This document shows, piece after piece, positions 63,189 to 64,000 of a stretch of DNA of 64,000 bases (the first letter of the stretch is position 1; the number at the start of each line of letters is the position of its first letter). The stretch covers positions 44,776,464-44,840,463 of the forward strand of contig NC_043011.1 in the NCBI RefSeq assembly GCF_006345805.1, in the 5' to 3' direction. Source of the DNA: Octopus sinensis. Its lineage: Eukaryota. The notes under the pieces were generated by a model. The model did no database searches. It was given only the letters and a program-made list of their open reading frames with translations, and was not told where the DNA came from. The position numbers and the translations under genes were made by a program.

Positions 63189-63306
63189 ATATTTTACTAT
63201 AAAATTGGATTCAATCCTAAATCTGATTTTTCCCTGTAAGTTTGAATTTATTCCCTAATATTTTATTATATATATATATATATATATATAAATATATATA
63301 TATATA

Positions 63307-63361
<55 letters not shown>

Positions 63362-63384
63362 GTATATATAGAAAGATAGATAGA

Positions 63385-63720
63385 TAGATACGTATGAAGG
63401 TTCTGAAAAGCTTAGCTCTCAACTTTGGGACTGAAAACTGTACCAACCAACGAACTCGACGCCCCTGCATCGTACCAAAGATCCCGTCCTCTCCATCAAG
63501 AGTAAGGTCACGGTGCTGTAACTACCCATGTTTCAAAGGCCCACAACTTTTCGACACTCTGGCACACTACCCCAGAGATATGTAAGGCGTAAAGTACATG
63601 TAGGTGAATTTTTATTTGAGGTACATGATGACCCCTCATCGCGGAAGGTAACACAAAGGAGAGCGACTTTGTGCAACTCTCTATATCACCAGAAACAATT
63701 TCAGAGAGAAGGCCTGAAAT
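63385..63720 (+). mobile_element. CR1-group LINE remnant, 3' piece (continuation of 62020-62270)
   Basis: KVLKSLALNFG...CIVPKIPSSPSRVRS..CN..CFKGPQLFDTL...DDPSSRKVTQRRATLCNSLYHQ. Confidence 0.7.
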
Positions 63721-63814
63721 AAAGACCGATCACACTAAATGCGATGCACCAGCACCGCCGTAGACTCTAAATGATGAAAAACCCAGGAAAAGTATAGCAT
63801 TTATCTTTTTTAGA

Positions 63815-64000
63815 CTGCAGCCAAGTTGGGGCATCCCCTTTGAAGAATTTTTGCCGAATGAATCGATTCAGTACATTTTGTCCCAGTATTCTTAGTCTTC
63901 TTTTTTTTAAAGCCTAGTACTTATTCTACTGGTTTCTTTTGCCGGACCGCTAAGTTACGAGGGTCTAAACACACCAACATCGGTTATCAACCTGTGGTGG
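63815..64000 (-). mobile_element. SINE family C 3' half (runs off the window)
   Basis: AAGCCTAGTACTTATTCTA...CCGCTAAGTTAC...AACACACCAACATCGGTT. Confidence 0.75.

Overview
This is repeat-dense, AT-rich animal DNA with no prokaryotic features. The tRNA-derived SINE families and dense (TA)n/(CA)n/(TACA)n tracts point to a coleoid cephalopod, most likely Octopus (inference, not database-checked). Two long coding regions are supported, both on the minus strand with no intron inside the ORF: a 794-aa leucine-rich-repeat protein (29405-31789) and a 423-aa mTERF-family, mTERF5-like mitochondrial protein (47037-48308). Nearly all other ORFs in the track are microsatellite or SINE artefacts. The rest is nested mobile DNA: at least four SINE families, RTE-, R4/Dong- and CR1-like LINE remnants, Tc1/mariner and hAT MITEs, Helitron derivatives, and three TIR elements carrying TTAGGG-like tracts. 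The main unexplained signal is a set of type I hammerhead ribozyme motifs in unrelated short elements. Four have intact catalytic cores (168-211, 34520-34565, 55254-55315, 62354-62440) and two have variant cores (18677-18712, 24534-24568); most sit in or beside microsatellites and one lies behind a tRNA-like Pol III head. Other notable items are SINE multimers bounded by a single target-site duplication with a recurring junction, a 31-bp hairpin over the LRR stop codon/splice donor, and an 85-bp-arm palindrome. Coordinates were read by eye; repeat edges are approximate and no folding or search was run.
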